From positions 928,001-992,000 of the forward strand of contig CAVVPN010000011.1 in NCBI GenBank assembly GCA_963750165.1: 64,000 bases of DNA, in the 5' to 3' direction. Positions within the stretch are counted from its first letter, which is position 1. The number at the start of each line of letters is the position of its first letter. Both the position numbers and the translations under genes were made by a program. This stretch comes from an uncultured Gemmataceae bacterium (GTDB taxonomy: Bacteria; Planctomycetota; Planctomycetia; Gemmatales; Gemmataceae). The notes below the pieces were generated by a model. That model did no database searches. It had not been told where the DNA came from and was given only the letters and a program-made list of their open reading frames with translations. This document shows, piece after piece, positions 33,801 through 43,354 of the stretch.

Positions 33801-34101
33801 TCGGGTTGGTGGCGGTGACACAGTTCCAGCGCAGCGTGTGCAAATACGCCGAGAACAGCCGGGGCGGGTCGAAGCCGCGGGTGGAGAGCGCGTCCCAGGA
33901 GGTGTCGCCCAGGATCTCGGCGTCCACTTCTTTCTGCCAGAGCACCTCCAGGGGCTTTCCCTGGTTGTCGTCATCCAGGCAGGCCATGCAGACCACGGCA
34001 CAGTCACCGACCCGCGGCGGGTTGGTCACTTCCTCAACGAGATACTGGCGCTGGCGCACGCGGACGATCTGGCCGAGTTTCGGAATCGAGTCGTCACGCA
34101 T
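30838..34101 (-). CDS. drmD: DISARM SNF2-like helicase
   Basis: GQIVRVRQRQYLVE, IADDVGLGKTIEAG, DEAHH, LSATPHNG, TDAAREGINLQ, WNPSRMEQRNGRIDR and EPVGLVYLWP. Confidence 0.92.
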   Translation of the reverse strand: MRDDSIPKLGQIVRVRQRQYLVEEVTNPPRVGDCAVVCMACLDDDNQGKPLEVLWQKEVDAEILGDTSWDALSTRGFDPPRLFSAYLHTLRWNCVTATNPKLFQAPFRAGIRIDAYQLEPLRKALLLPRVNLFIADDVGLGKTIEAGLIARELLLRKKVRDIVVACPPSVLQQWQDELENRFGLTFEILDKDFVTRVRRERGYGVNPWTTHSRFLISHRLLVDEAYAGPLRDWLGDFRAGALLILDEAHHAAPSSGGRYAIDSKITRAIRDLAPRFEHRLFLSATPHNGHSNSFSALLEILDPQRFCRGVPVKDKKLLEAVMVRRLKEDVRQIHEVFPQRVVRQFDIDNLPAEAPELRLSALLDQYRRLREERLREETKRKQAVASLLISGLQQRLLSSIEAFARTLRVHRRTIERQRQERAALTASTGRLDLLGGGIGSDDERATLPETLLSAEEEAQIEAATVASAPTGPAAADGSEEQVLLDAMTRVAEASRSLPDARVRRLVDWLRETLCPGLPPLGTAPPEQPPRWNDVRVLIFTEYEDTLRYLREQLTVAIQGTDRADERIEVYHGPTPQARREEIKRAFNTDPRKHPVRILLATDAAREGINLQSHCWNLFHFDVPWNPSRMEQRNGRIDRKLQPRPEVFCHYFVYAQRPEDRVLRVLVRKTETIKKELGSLAQVVEGKLAATLTNGIRHADVDRLAGIIDRADLDARFKGTVQEELEEARERVEDLRAQVELLRTRLKDSKDWVGLEENHFRAAISCALGLMGADPLQTLANAPAEPSPTARWQFPALEGRAGADSSWTDTLDTLRAPRRRDQSLWEWRRQAPIRPIVFDDPGDMGQDSVHLHLEHRVVQRLLGRFTAQGFVFHDLSRACLTQTADPLRRVVLLGRLCLYGPGAARLHEVLIHVTARWAEPSQRKGKPLTPYAREAEAKTIDLLEAALLPGAAPTVGAGIIKQLQEAGPQDIRELLPALEERGRRLGEEAEVKLAERGDQEAKAMREILENQRKRIAATAREHNDPQGWLDFDPDETRQLEANRRHWDQRLAAIDTELVQEPERIRGLYRILARRVEPVGLVYLWPVSG

Positions 34102-34312
34102 GAGGCGCCCCAGTCAATCCAATCGGGGATGAAAGCGGTTGTGTTCCGGCTGCATGGATGGCGCTGGTCACGCCCCACCGGGATCAGCCAGCACGTCGGG
34201 TTGGTGTATTGGAATGAGCGGGCCCGAGTGCGTCAATGAAAATCGGGGTGCCGAGCGGAGAGATCGCAAAAGTTGCTGAACGGACGGCAGAAGCAACCAG
34301 CGCGTGAATCGA

Positions 34313-35851
34313 TCACATGCCGGCAGTTCTGCTGCGCTGGAAAACATAGGGCACCTCCTTGACCCCGCCCCGCTGGCCCTCGTGCTCCTGCACCAGCTGC
34401 GCGGCGTACCCCAGGCAGTCGATCTGGTCATCTTTGCCGCCATCCGCGCCGACAAACACCGCCAATTCTGCCAGGAAGTCCCCTAGCCAGGGCGCCTCTA
34501 CGGGGAGGTAGATTTGCCCCGCTTCGGCCCGAATTACCGCGGGCAGCGCCCGTACCAGCTTGCTTTTGCCGCCGGGGTGCAACTCCTTGACCGGCACCAT
34601 GCCGGCCAACTTCCGGGCCTGCTGCGCCAGTTTGCCCTGAAAGAAGCCGGTCTCCAGCGCCGCGAAGCTCGGCCGCCACTGGTCGCACACGGCCTTGAGC
34701 CGCGGCACGATGGCCTCCAGCGGCACACGCTCGCGGAGCATGTACTCCAGCAACAGATCGCAGCCGGGCGTAACCGCGAACACGCCGGCGGCGGTAAAGT
34801 CTGCCGAACTCGATTCGCCCCCCGCAGGGTCCAGCACCACGAACCGCCAGCAGTCGCGCTTGAGCACCGGGGGCCCACCGGCCAGGCGGTAGGCGTCGCC
34901 CTGATCGACGAACCGACGTTTCTCAAACCAGGCCGTCTTGAAAATGGCGCCCTCGCGCGGCACCGGGCGCTGCTGGTGCTGCGCCAGGTAGCCGGCGCTG
35001 CCGAGCGTGCGCTTCGCCTCCGCGGTCTGTTCGGGGCCGAACACTTCGGGGCGGAGCAGCTGCCCCGGCTCGGTCCGCCAGTCCGACCAGCCGATGGGCG
35101 TGGCGCAGCGCTCCCTGGGGTCGTACTCCTCCTGGAGCAGCAACTCGACCCAGTCGCCGCTGCGGCGCAGGTGGCCGATGAGGTCGTCGTGGTGGACGCG
35201 CTGGCCGATGACCACGCGGCCGCCCAGTCGGGCGTCGTTGACGCGGTTGAAGAACGCCTGGTCATGCCAGTCGATGGTGCCCAGCCGGACCGCCGCACTC
35301 TCGGCCTCGCGGACGTTGTGCGCGTCGTCGATGAGGGTGAACTGGCCGCGCTCGCCGGTGGTGCCGCCGTCCACCGACGCCGTGACGCGGAAGCCGGTCC
35401 GGTCGTTCTCGTACCGCTCCTTGACGTTCTGGTCCCCGGTCATCCGGAAGCAGTCGCCGAAGTGCGCCTGGTACGGCGGCGACTCGATGACGCGGCGGCT
35501 GCGGACGCTGTCGCGCAGGGCGAGCTTCAGGGCGTAGGAGGCGGTGACGAAGCGGTCGGCGGGCCAGTTGACCCAGTGCCAGGCGGGCCAGAGCACCGAG
35601 GCGACCGTGCTCTTGCCGAGGCCGGGCGGGCACTCGACCAGGAGGTTGCGGAGTTGGCGCCGGCTGACGGCCTCCAGGTGGTCGCAGACCGCGTCCAGGT
35701 GCCGGCCCCAGCGCAGCGGCGTGGCCGGCTCGACGACGGGCCAGGCCCAGCGGACGAAGTCACGCAGGCGGCGCCGCGCCTTCTCCGCCCGGACCTGGCC
35801 CAGGGGTGGCAGCCCGGTCGAGAATCGCTTCGAGCGTATCGAGGTCATCAT
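34313..35851 (-). CDS. terL: Phage terminase large subunit
   Basis: Walker A PPGLGKST, Walker B LIDDAH, coupling motif IGQRVH..DL, AQHQQRP, nuclease DPA..DFT and DDQID. The start is uncertain because it overlaps terS. Confidence 0.9.
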   Translation of the reverse strand: MMTSIRSKRFSTGLPPLGQVRAEKARRRLRDFVRWAWPVVEPATPLRWGRHLDAVCDHLEAVSRRQLRNLLVECPPGLGKSTVASVLWPAWHWVNWPADRFVTASYALKLALRDSVRSRRVIESPPYQAHFGDCFRMTGDQNVKERYENDRTGFRVTASVDGGTTGERGQFTLIDDAHNVREAESAAVRLGTIDWHDQAFFNRVNDARLGGRVVIGQRVHHDDLIGHLRRSGDWVELLLQEEYDPRERCATPIGWSDWRTEPGQLLRPEVFGPEQTAEAKRTLGSAGYLAQHQQRPVPREGAIFKTAWFEKRRFVDQGDAYRLAGGPPVLKRDCWRFVVLDPAGGESSSADFTAAGVFAVTPGCDLLLEYMLRERVPLEAIVPRLKAVCDQWRPSFAALETGFFQGKLAQQARKLAGMVPVKELHPGGKSKLVRALPAVIRAEAGQIYLPVEAPWLGDFLAELAVFVGADGGKDDQIDCLGYAAQLVQEHEGQRGGVKEVPYVFQRSRTAGM

Positions 35852-36191
35852 CGGACACGTTGGCAAGGTTGATAGTGTGGGCCAGCTGCCCGCTCTGCCG
35901 CACCTCAGAGCGCTCCACGAAGCCGCGGTCCTTGCCGAGGGTCTTCAGCGTCAGGGCGATGGCCCAGGGCTCTCCCCGCTTGATCGCGGCGAACAACTTT
36001 TCCTCGGCGGTGTCCACGACTTCGCCACGCCGGTTGGCGATACACCTGGCGATCTCCGGGCTCTGCCTCGCGCGGTTGTAGATCGTGTCCGGGTCGCAAC
36101 CGAGGCTCTTGGCGGCGAGGTAGACCAAGCCCTTCGTTTTGCTGAGGGCCGCCTTGATCTGGTCGTCGGAGTACACACGCGGCCTGGCCAT
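35760..36191 (-). CDS. terS: Phage terminase small subunit (HTH)
   Basis: Fis-like HTH (GLVYLAAKSLGCDPDTIYN) and AEEKLF..I..GEPWAI..LKT.GKDRGFVER; overlaps terL. Confidence 0.75.
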   Translation of the reverse strand: MARPRVYSDDQIKAALSKTKGLVYLAAKSLGCDPDTIYNRARQSPEIARCIANRRGEVVDTAEEKLFAAIKRGEPWAIALTLKTLGKDRGFVERSEVRQSGQLAHTINLANVSDDDLDTLEAILDRAATPGPGPGGEGAAPPA

Positions 36192-36574
36192 GATAAATCC
36201 CGAGTAACCTAGAAATCATGTAGTACGGGCACCTCGTGCCGCAGATCGTCGGCCCCACCCGGCGGGGACATTTCGTGTCTGTGATCTTGCCCACTACACC
36301 AGAGGGTCGGCCCGCAGTTCTTCCGCGCGTACCATCCCCAACTGCGGCATTGCTGAGAGCTGCACCTTTCAGGCGTCGGACTCGTTGACCCCACTGGCCC
36401 CTGGGAACGTTTTTTTCTCCTACGCGCGTGCGCATCAATGTCTTCTTGTCTTCCTGTCGTGCGCGCACGATAGAAAAATAATTTCATCTACAACCCAAGT
36501 GGACATTTCGGCGCCGCAATGACTTGCGGCAAATCGTCTCCGCCGCAGTTAGTGACAGACGCAAGGGGGTGCCA

Positions 36575-38738
36575 CTAATCTGCTGAGTGACACCCCCCAT
36601 TTGTTGTCACTGATTCCTCAATGTCCCTCTCGGGAGCCGCGATCAGAATTTCGTCCCGCAGGTCGTCGGAGAGCACAATCAACCGATGGCCGCCAGAAAG
36701 TCGGTCAGTCACCGGCGGGTCGGGGTTCAGGCAGCCGGCCTTCTTTGCCAGGGCCTGCAGCGAGTCCTGGTTGATCACCCCCGGTAACATCACTTCAATC
36801 TCCCCTGCGAGTTCCCACCGCATGCCGAGGTACAGCGTCACCTCCCCCTCGTTCGTCACCACCGCCCGCCAATATGCGTGATGCGCCCGCTGCACTTCCC
36901 GCCAACCGCGAGAGGACTCCCGCACCCCCGTCGCCACGTCCCTGGCGCGCCGGGCCAGACTGGTCTTGCTGGCGGTGCGCACGTCGCCGTCGCCCGGCTT
37001 CAGCAACTCGAAGGTCTTCGGCTTCGTCCACAGCGACACCAGGTTCGCCCGGAACCGCATGGAGAACCGCATGTCCCGGGTCAGGTTGGCGGCCGAGATG
37101 AGGGGTTCCGTCTCGATCAGGTTGGCGTACAGCACCGTCAGTTCGTCGCGCAGCGCCCCCAGGAGCATGCCCCGGTTCATCCCCGCGGGCGATTGAGGGG
37201 CGTCCGCCGCTGCCGCCGCAGCCTTCAGCAACCGCTCGGGCGTGAAGGCGATCAGGTCGGCCCGCGTCAGTTCGCCGTCCTTGGCGTCAGACCACAATCC
37301 CTTGTCGGTGCGGCCGACGATCTGCAGCGCCGTGGGCACGATAGTGCGAACCACGTCCCGTAGGTTGAGGGCGGCCACCGGCGGCCCGTGATCTAGTTCC
37401 TGGGCGGCGGCCGCGATGATCCGCGCCAGTAGCAGCTGCACTTCCGTCGGCTTGGGAGCTTCACCTGCGAAATGAGCGGCCAGCGTCCGCGCCGCCGCCC
37501 TGCGGCCGCCGTCCGTATTGCTCAACGGCACCTGGTCGAGCATCACGCCGTCGCGCAGCACCGCCACGCTGAGCGTAATCCGCCCGGAGCCGGTGCGCCG
37601 TGGCAGGCCCGGTCGCAAGGTGACGCCACCGATTTCATGGCCCGCCGGCACCTCTACAACCTCGCGGTCGTCCTGTTCGACTCTGACCGCCTTCCGCCGT
37701 CGTCGCTGCTCGCCGTAGCCCTGGTGGCTTAGATCGGCGGCAGCCTGCTTGAAGTCGCCGCCGTGATTCAGGATCGCGTAGACGGCGAATCGGTTGTACG
37801 CCTTGTTGGGTTCGAACGGGCTAGCGTTGCTGCTGAAGACGTAGAGCAAGGGGTTGCCGTCCTCATCCCGGCAGTGCCCGATGGTGGCGGACCAGCCCTT
37901 GCTTTTGCCTGGCCGGCGCACTGCGCAGCACGCCGTCGGCTGTCTCCTGGACCACCTCCCAACCCTGCAACAATTCCTCGATTGGTGGGCCGCAGCGAAT
38001 GTAGTCGTCACCCGGTCGCACCCCATCCCCCTTGGCGCTGACCGCCTGGGGCCGACTCTGGCGCGGCTGGTTGACGCCCGCCCGCTGGAACGACCTGGCC
38101 GTCTCGTGCAACAACTCGCGTTCGTCGGGAGAGAGGTCGGCCAGCTCGGAGAACGTGCGCCCCGCGTGATGCTGGTACTGCCCACCCGCATCGTGGCAGG
38201 CCCCGGGCGAGCCCGGGGCCAGGCCCTGGCCGCCCTCGCCGCGCGTCTCGATCAGCGTGCGCAGCAGGGCATTGCCGTGCGCGTCGCGTTGGATTTTGCC
38301 GGTGTCGTCATACCGATAGTCTGTCGCCAACTTCAGGTTGCCCGGGATGACGCCGGCTCGGCAGGTGTACCAGCAGTGAAACCGACCGCTCGGCGTCCTG
38401 ACCTGGCACAATCTGGCGACCAGCCCTGGCGCCTGCTGTTCGACCAGGGCGCACCAGGTCGGGAAGATCGTATCTGCTTCAACGTCGAAGTCTAGCAGTT
38501 CCAGGTTGCCGCTGGCCTTGCCGCAGCGCAGGCCGATGCCGTTGCGGCCGTCGCCGAACCACTTCTGAAGTTCGTCCGGCGTCGGCGCTGCCAGGTTTTG
38601 CCACCCCTTCAGGAAGGGTCGTTTCTCGCCGTTTGGCAGGATGGGCGTAACGGCGATCTTGGCGGCCCGGTAGCCCAGGGCATAGTCCAGAACCGTCAGC
38701 CGGTCTTCGGTGCCGTTGATGCTGGTGGGAGGTGTCAT
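36575..38738 (-). CDS. Bifunctional primase-polymerase (Prim-Pol) with an unrecognised C-terminal region; frameshift at about 37920
   Basis: KRPFLKGWQ, GIGLRCG..SGNLELLDFD, RTPSGRFH and IETRGEGG..LAPGS. It continues in another frame as RRPGKSKGWSAT..LYVFSSN..HGGDFKQAA. Confidence 0.8.
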
Positions 38739-38902
38739 AGGTCGGCCCTCCCGCCTTTGCCAATTGTCGCCGCTGAAGATACCATGTTCTATGTTCCCGA
38801 TTCGTTTTTGGCGGAGGGACCGCGAATCCCTGCCGCCTTTTTTCAAACTCACGCCACGCCTCTTGGCGCTCCGCCTGCGAACGGTTAGCCAGCCAGACGG
38901 GG

Positions 38903-39259
38903 TCAGATGCCGATCCGGTCGAGTTCCTTGTCGGCGCGGGCCGCTGCGCTCTGACGTTTCGCCGGTGAGCGCGAAGCGGGGATGTCGCCCCGGGCGGCCT
39001 TCGGCGTCTGCCTCTCAATGAATCGTGCCAGGGCGGGGCCGGTCGTGATCCAACGGCCTGACAGCCTCGCGGCCTCCAGGTAAACCCGCTCGCCGTTTGG
39101 CCCCGCGGTGCCGTTCAGCACCCAGCGCAGCACACAGCCCAAAGTCGGCTTCTTGCCGCCGCGTGTCACCGGCAGCCGCTGGCCAGCCTCCACCAAACTC
39201 AACCCCTGCCCGGCCGCGATCTCTTCCGCCAGTGTGTCCGTGGTCGTCTCGTCGTTCAT
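38903..39259 (-). CDS. DUF1580 protein (planctomycete HTH, likely excisionase/regulator)
   Basis: LSLVEAGQRLP..GKKP....VLRW..G.....LEA.RL.GRW.TT..ALARF and a ADKELDRIGI tail; lies next to the integrase. Confidence 0.8.
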   Translation of the reverse strand: MNDETTTDTLAEEIAAGQGLSLVEAGQRLPVTRGGKKPTLGCVLRWVLNGTAGPNGERVYLEAARLSGRWITTGPALARFIERQTPKAARGDIPASRSPAKRQSAAARADKELDRIGI

Positions 39260-39544
39260 GGTGTCCCCCTCGTGCTCGATAGTTGTCCGCCGCTTGCCAG
39301 AGCCGACGAACATTCACGGATTATGGGGGCTACATGGGTGTGTTTCGGTGCCGTCCCTTGCTTGTTGGTGTCCGCCGCTCACCGCGGACGACGAGTTGTT
39401 GCGACCACTCGTGGGCACACCGATTTTCAGCCGCAAACGCATTCCGGCGGTTGGCACCGTCTTAAGGCCCCAACCGCCGGAATGCGTTTAGCTGATGTTA
39501 TTTACGGAAATATGCGATCGTCCGCTGCGGAAGCAAAATCGGCG

Positions 39545-40723
39545 TCAGCCGATGTCCCGCATGATCTCCTGCGCCTTGTTCAAGTCCCGCTCTGCGTAGA
39601 TTTGCGTCGTCTCAATCCGGGTGTGTCCGAGGACCGTTTTTGCAGCCTCGACGCCGAACTTCGCTCGGATCGCGGTCGCAGCCGTGTGTCGCAGCTGCAG
39701 GGGCGACCACGCTGGCACCTTGGCCTTTTGACAGGCCCGGACGATGGCGACGCGGAAGCTCCGTCGGTTGTAGCGCTCGGCGGGGACGCGGCGGGGCTGG
39801 GGCTTACGCTTCCGCTTCAGTTCCGAGGGCGTCCGCTTGGTTTTCCGCTGGGCGGCCCGCCGGCGGCGCAACTCTTCGACGTAAGCGCGAGGGCTGAAGA
39901 GGTACGCTTCCAGGTTCGTGGTCAGGAACGGCTTGACGATCTCCTGGGCCTGTGGCCCGAGATGGATGATGCGGTCCAGGCCGCGGTGCTTGTTCTTGTG
40001 GCTAGCCGGGCAGTAGGTCCAGACTGGCCCGGCCATGTTCAGGTCGGCGGCGCGCATGACCATGACCTCACCCGGCCGGCACCCGGTCAGCCGCTGCAGC
40101 CCCACCATGGCCCGTACTGGTTCGGGCAGGAACGGGAGGGTGGCGGTCACAACCTCGTCGGCGACGGGTTGGACAGGCGGGGCTTCCTTTGCCGAACAGC
40201 GGCCGCGCTGCAAGCCCGGCACGGTGCGCAGGGATTCAAAGACGGCGGACGGGATGTGTTGGTAACTGACGGCCCACTTGAACACGCGGCGGACGCGGTT
40301 GACGCGGGCGTTGACCACGCCGCGGGACAGGCCGGACTTGGCCAGGTCTTCTTGAATGGTGCGGAGTGCCAGGGGGCCGAACGCCGCCGCCTGGGAGTGA
40401 CTGTAGAGGCGTCGGAGGGGCTTGAGCGCGTTGCGGATGTTCTCCAGCTCTAGGCCGGGGTTGCCCTGGTCATCGCGGTAGTAGCCTTCGGCCCAGTGCC
40501 AGTAGCTCACCATCAGTTCGGCCACGGTCGGGCCGTCGGCCGCCGGCGCGGCCAGACTGCGGCCGCTGCCGAGCCATTCGGCAATGAGCCGGTCGTACTC
40601 CGCGCGGCTTTCGGCAGAGCCGAAGGCGCCCAGATAGTGGTCTTTGCCGTCGATGCGCACGACGGCCCGGCCGCTGGCTTTGTGCAGGCAGTAGGAGGGG
40701 GTGCGGGGTGCTCGCTTGGACAT
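39545..40723 (-). CDS. int: Tyrosine integrase
   Basis: N-terminal PSYCLHKASGRAVV; TGCRPGE, HKN, QLRHT, LGH and TQIYA; starts about 110 bp from the tRNA fragment. Confidence 0.93.
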   Translation of the reverse strand: MSKRAPRTPSYCLHKASGRAVVRIDGKDHYLGAFGSAESRAEYDRLIAEWLGSGRSLAAPAADGPTVAELMVSYWHWAEGYYRDDQGNPGLELENIRNALKPLRRLYSHSQAAAFGPLALRTIQEDLAKSGLSRGVVNARVNRVRRVFKWAVSYQHIPSAVFESLRTVPGLQRGRCSAKEAPPVQPVADEVVTATLPFLPEPVRAMVGLQRLTGCRPGEVMVMRAADLNMAGPVWTYCPASHKNKHRGLDRIIHLGPQAQEIVKPFLTTNLEAYLFSPRAYVEELRRRRAAQRKTKRTPSELKRKRKPQPRRVPAERYNRRSFRVAIVRACQKAKVPAWSPLQLRHTAATAIRAKFGVEAAKTVLGHTRIETTQIYAERDLNKAQEIMRDIG

Positions 40724-40739
40724 GGTGCAAAGGCCCTTT

Positions 40740-40753
40740 TCCGTAATTACGGA
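40740..40753. promoter_or_regulatory. Perfect palindrome TCCGTAATTACGGA just upstream of the int start
   Basis: Seen directly; it lies within a longer imperfect IR, CCTTTTCCGTAATTACGGAGAAGG. Function is inferred. Confidence 0.45.
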
Positions 40754-40831
40754 GAAGGATTCCTTTCCGGGCTGCACCATTCACCGCGAATGGGTACGCT
40801 CAACCTGAGTCTGGTTGAGGATTTCTGTCTA

Positions 40832-40875
40832 GAGCGGGCGATGGGATTCGAACCCACGACGTCCAGCTTGGGAAG
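40832..40875 (-). tRNA. 3' half of tRNA-Gly(CCC); att core, not a complete tRNA
   Basis: The minus strand reads CTTCCCAAGCTGGACGTCGTGGGTTCGAATCCCATCGCCCGCTC: anticodon loop, T-arm and acceptor 3' strand. The 5' half is absent. Confidence 0.9.
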
Positions 40876-41021
40876 ATGTATGCTTTTCGCATTTTTCCGT
40901 TTTTTCTGGCTTTTTTCTTCTCAAATTAAACGATTTTGTACCACTTTCTGCTATAATCGTTTAAGATGTCGTTTAATGGGGGCGATCTCGCCGCCATCCC
41001 GACAAGCGCGAGGAGACGATC

Positions 41022-42494
41022 ATGCCACGACGCTACGAGCTAACTTGGGTGAAGTCCTTGAAGCGATGGAAAAAATGCTATCAGGGTAAGCAATACTACT
41101 TCGCCTTCGGGACCGGGAAAACAGACGATCAAGGATACATGCAGGCGTTGGAGGCGTGGAAAATCAAGAAAGCAGAACTGGACTGCGCACGCCAAGCCCA
41201 GAAACCCCACAAATCCGAATACGAGGCTGCGATCTTGGGCCGTCAAGACCTTGCCCGATGGAGCCGTGAAAACGGTGAAGAAGAACAAGCCGCTGTTTTT
41301 CAGCAAGAGGCGGACAGGCTACTTTCACGGTTCAACGCATCGGACGACCCGCCCGCATTAACGAGAGAAGAAGCCGAACCGTTGTCTACGATTTTTGCGA
41401 ACACGCCGACGAGCCTGAAGGTGGTGCAAATCGAGTCTGGCTTCCCTATTCCACCGGATATGGAACCTCCAGAACACGAGGCTCTACGACAGATATGGCA
41501 AGACAGGCTGGCGCGGACTCGCAAAGCTCCCGCGCACAAGGCTATCGGCACGAACATCGACGAGTACATTCAAACCAAGAGCAACCTAGCCAAGAGCGGT
41601 CAGATAACGCACGGTTGGAGCCAGATCATTAAAGAGCGGCTTGAGCATTTTCGGGGATACACGGGTGCAACAACCTCGGTGGATGCCATCAACGGGAAGA
41701 CGCTCAGCGGATACCATGCCTATCTGTTGCGAAAGCTCCACGAAAAACAAATATCTGCATCTTATGCTTCAGAGCTTCTGAGCATTGCTAAGCGATTCGT
41801 CAAGTGGCTCTGGCGGCACGAAGTCATCCAGACCTTGCCACGAAACTTCGACGACAAAGAACTGTCGATCAACGTGCCTATTAAGAAGATCGAGACCTTC
41901 ACGGCAGATGAAATTCAGACATTCCTGACAAATGCCACGGAACGAACGCAACTATACATCCTCCTAATGCTCAATTGCGGGATGACCCAACAAGACATCT
42001 CTGATGTGGCTCAAGAGGAAGTCGATTGGACGATGGGAAGGATCATCAGGAAACGATCAAAAACCGGCGAAGTGGAGACAGTACCAACTGTCAACTACTT
42101 GCTGTGGGATCAGACGTTCGACCTTCTGAAGAAATCTCGTAGTAATGCAACGCAAGTTCTCATCAACGAAAACGGGAGTCCGTTGCGGTTTAGGCACGTG
42201 AAGGAAGATGGCAGGGGAATCAACTTGGACAACATCAAGTGCGCGTACGTTCGCCTCGTTACCAAGCTGGGCCTCAAAGACGCCAAGCCCCCGAAGTTCT
42301 TCAGAAAGACATCGGCAAGTGAGCTAGAAAAGCACGAGACTTATGGTCGCTTTTCACAATACTTCCTCGGTCATGCCCCGCGTTCTGTGGCTGAGAAGCA
42401 TTACGCCAAGCCTTCGGACGAATTGTTTGATAAGGCAGTGATCTGGCTGGGCGAGCGTTACGGTCTAAAGACGCTCCGTACAGCGTTGAAATGA
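41022..42494 (+). CDS. Tyrosine recombinase/integrase, atypical box I
   Basis: N-terminal RWKKCYQGKQYYF; LLMLNCGMTQQDI, RKRSKT, KFFRKT, FLGHA and KHYA. Confidence 0.85.
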   Translation: MPRRYELTWVKSLKRWKKCYQGKQYYFAFGTGKTDDQGYMQALEAWKIKKAELDCARQAQKPHKSEYEAAILGRQDLARWSRENGEEEQAAVFQQEADRLLSRFNASDDPPALTREEAEPLSTIFANTPTSLKVVQIESGFPIPPDMEPPEHEALRQIWQDRLARTRKAPAHKAIGTNIDEYIQTKSNLAKSGQITHGWSQIIKERLEHFRGYTGATTSVDAINGKTLSGYHAYLLRKLHEKQISASYASELLSIAKRFVKWLWRHEVIQTLPRNFDDKELSINVPIKKIETFTADEIQTFLTNATERTQLYILLMLNCGMTQQDISDVAQEEVDWTMGRIIRKRSKTGEVETVPTVNYLLWDQTFDLLKKSRSNATQVLINENGSPLRFRHVKEDGRGINLDNIKCAYVRLVTKLGLKDAKPPKFFRKTSASELEKHETYGRFSQYFLGHAPRSVAEKHYAKPSDELFDKAVIWLGERYGLKTLRTALK

Positions 42495-42508
42495 TCCATG
42501 CGGTGTAA

Positions 42509-42545
42509 GAGGGGGACCGAGCCGCGAGTCGGCTCGATCCCCTTC
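42509..42545. terminator. GC hairpin between convergent integrase and MTase genes
   Basis: GAGGGGGACCGAGCCG-CGAGT-CGGCTCGATCCCCTTC. Confidence 0.55.
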
Positions 42546-42553
42546 GACGTTTC

Positions 42554-43339
42554 TCACGATGCCCACAGCAGCCGTTCGGCCTTCCTCAGCCGCTCGTGGG
42601 CGACGGCGACGTACTCGGCGTTGATCTCAAAGCCGAGCCAGCGCCGCCCGTTCAGCATCGCCATCTTGGGCGTGGTGCCTGCACCTGCGAACGGGTCGAG
42701 AACCACGTCATAGGGCCTGCTGAAACCGACGATCAGGTCGCGGGCCAGCGCCTCGGGCATCAACGCGGGGTGGGCGAACGCCTCCTTGTCCTTGGTCGTC
42801 GTGTTGAAGCCCGTGACGTACTCCCAGATCGTCGTTCGGCGACCATACAGGGGAAGCACTGCTGGGAGCTTGCCGCGCCGCATCGACCCATCCGAACGCC
42901 GTCGATGCCAGTTCGCCTTCAGGAGACCGGCGTGCTTGTTCAGTCGGTCCTTCAGGATTTTCACGGTCCTCGGCCTTCCCCTGCTCAGCACGAAGCAGTA
43001 CGAGAAGGGGGCGAAGTAGCGTCTGTTGTTGGGCAGCATGTAGCAGCGTGACACGATTATCAGCACATCCCAGATCCCGAACCCTACCCGCTCGAAGTGG
43101 AGCGCCTGCTTGAAACTGGTCAAGGTGCGGCGTCCGTCTTCAATGGCATCCTGAACTTGCCAGCAGACAAGGCCCCCGTCCTTTGTGACCCGGTAAAGTT
43201 CATCAGCCACACGCTCGAAGTCCCACTCCGCGAAATCGCGCACGCGGTCGTAGGGCGGACTGGTTACGGTCAAGGGGATGCTGTTGCTCGGCAACTTCGA
43301 CATGCCCTCGACGCAATCGCAGCAGGTGATGGTGTTCAT
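42554..43339 (-). CDS. Orphan site-specific DNA methyltransferase (N4-C/N6-A, beta class)
   Basis: TVTSPPY catalytic motif precedes HPALMPE and VLDPFAGAGTT..GFEINAEY; GGAGG RBS. Confidence 0.9.
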   Translation of the reverse strand: MNTITCCDCVEGMSKLPSNSIPLTVTSPPYDRVRDFAEWDFERVADELYRVTKDGGLVCWQVQDAIEDGRRTLTSFKQALHFERVGFGIWDVLIIVSRCYMLPNNRRYFAPFSYCFVLSRGRPRTVKILKDRLNKHAGLLKANWHRRRSDGSMRRGKLPAVLPLYGRRTTIWEYVTGFNTTTKDKEAFAHPALMPEALARDLIVGFSRPYDVVLDPFAGAGTTPKMAMLNGRRWLGFEINAEYVAVAHERLRKAERLLWAS

Positions 43340-43354
43340 TGTTCCTCCAAGAAG

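Larger units (their letters stand above)
20027..40875 (-). mobile_element. Integrative satellite/prophage-like element carrying DISARM (left boundary unresolved)
   Basis: att-int-DUF1580-primase-terS-terL-drm genes are all co-oriented. No second att copy was found by eye. Confidence 0.6.

Noticed and set aside
22767..34239. Very long plus-strand ORFs (1202, 798 and 742 aa) opposite the drm genes
   Set aside because: Antisense shadows of GC-rich genes; no motifs, and fully overlapped by well-supported minus-strand CDSs.
34313..40723. Complete prophage
   Set aside because: No portal, capsid, tail or lysis genes are recognisable in the window.
40832..40905. Complete tRNA-Gly gene
   Set aside because: The D-arm and 5' acceptor strand are absent; only the 3' half is present.
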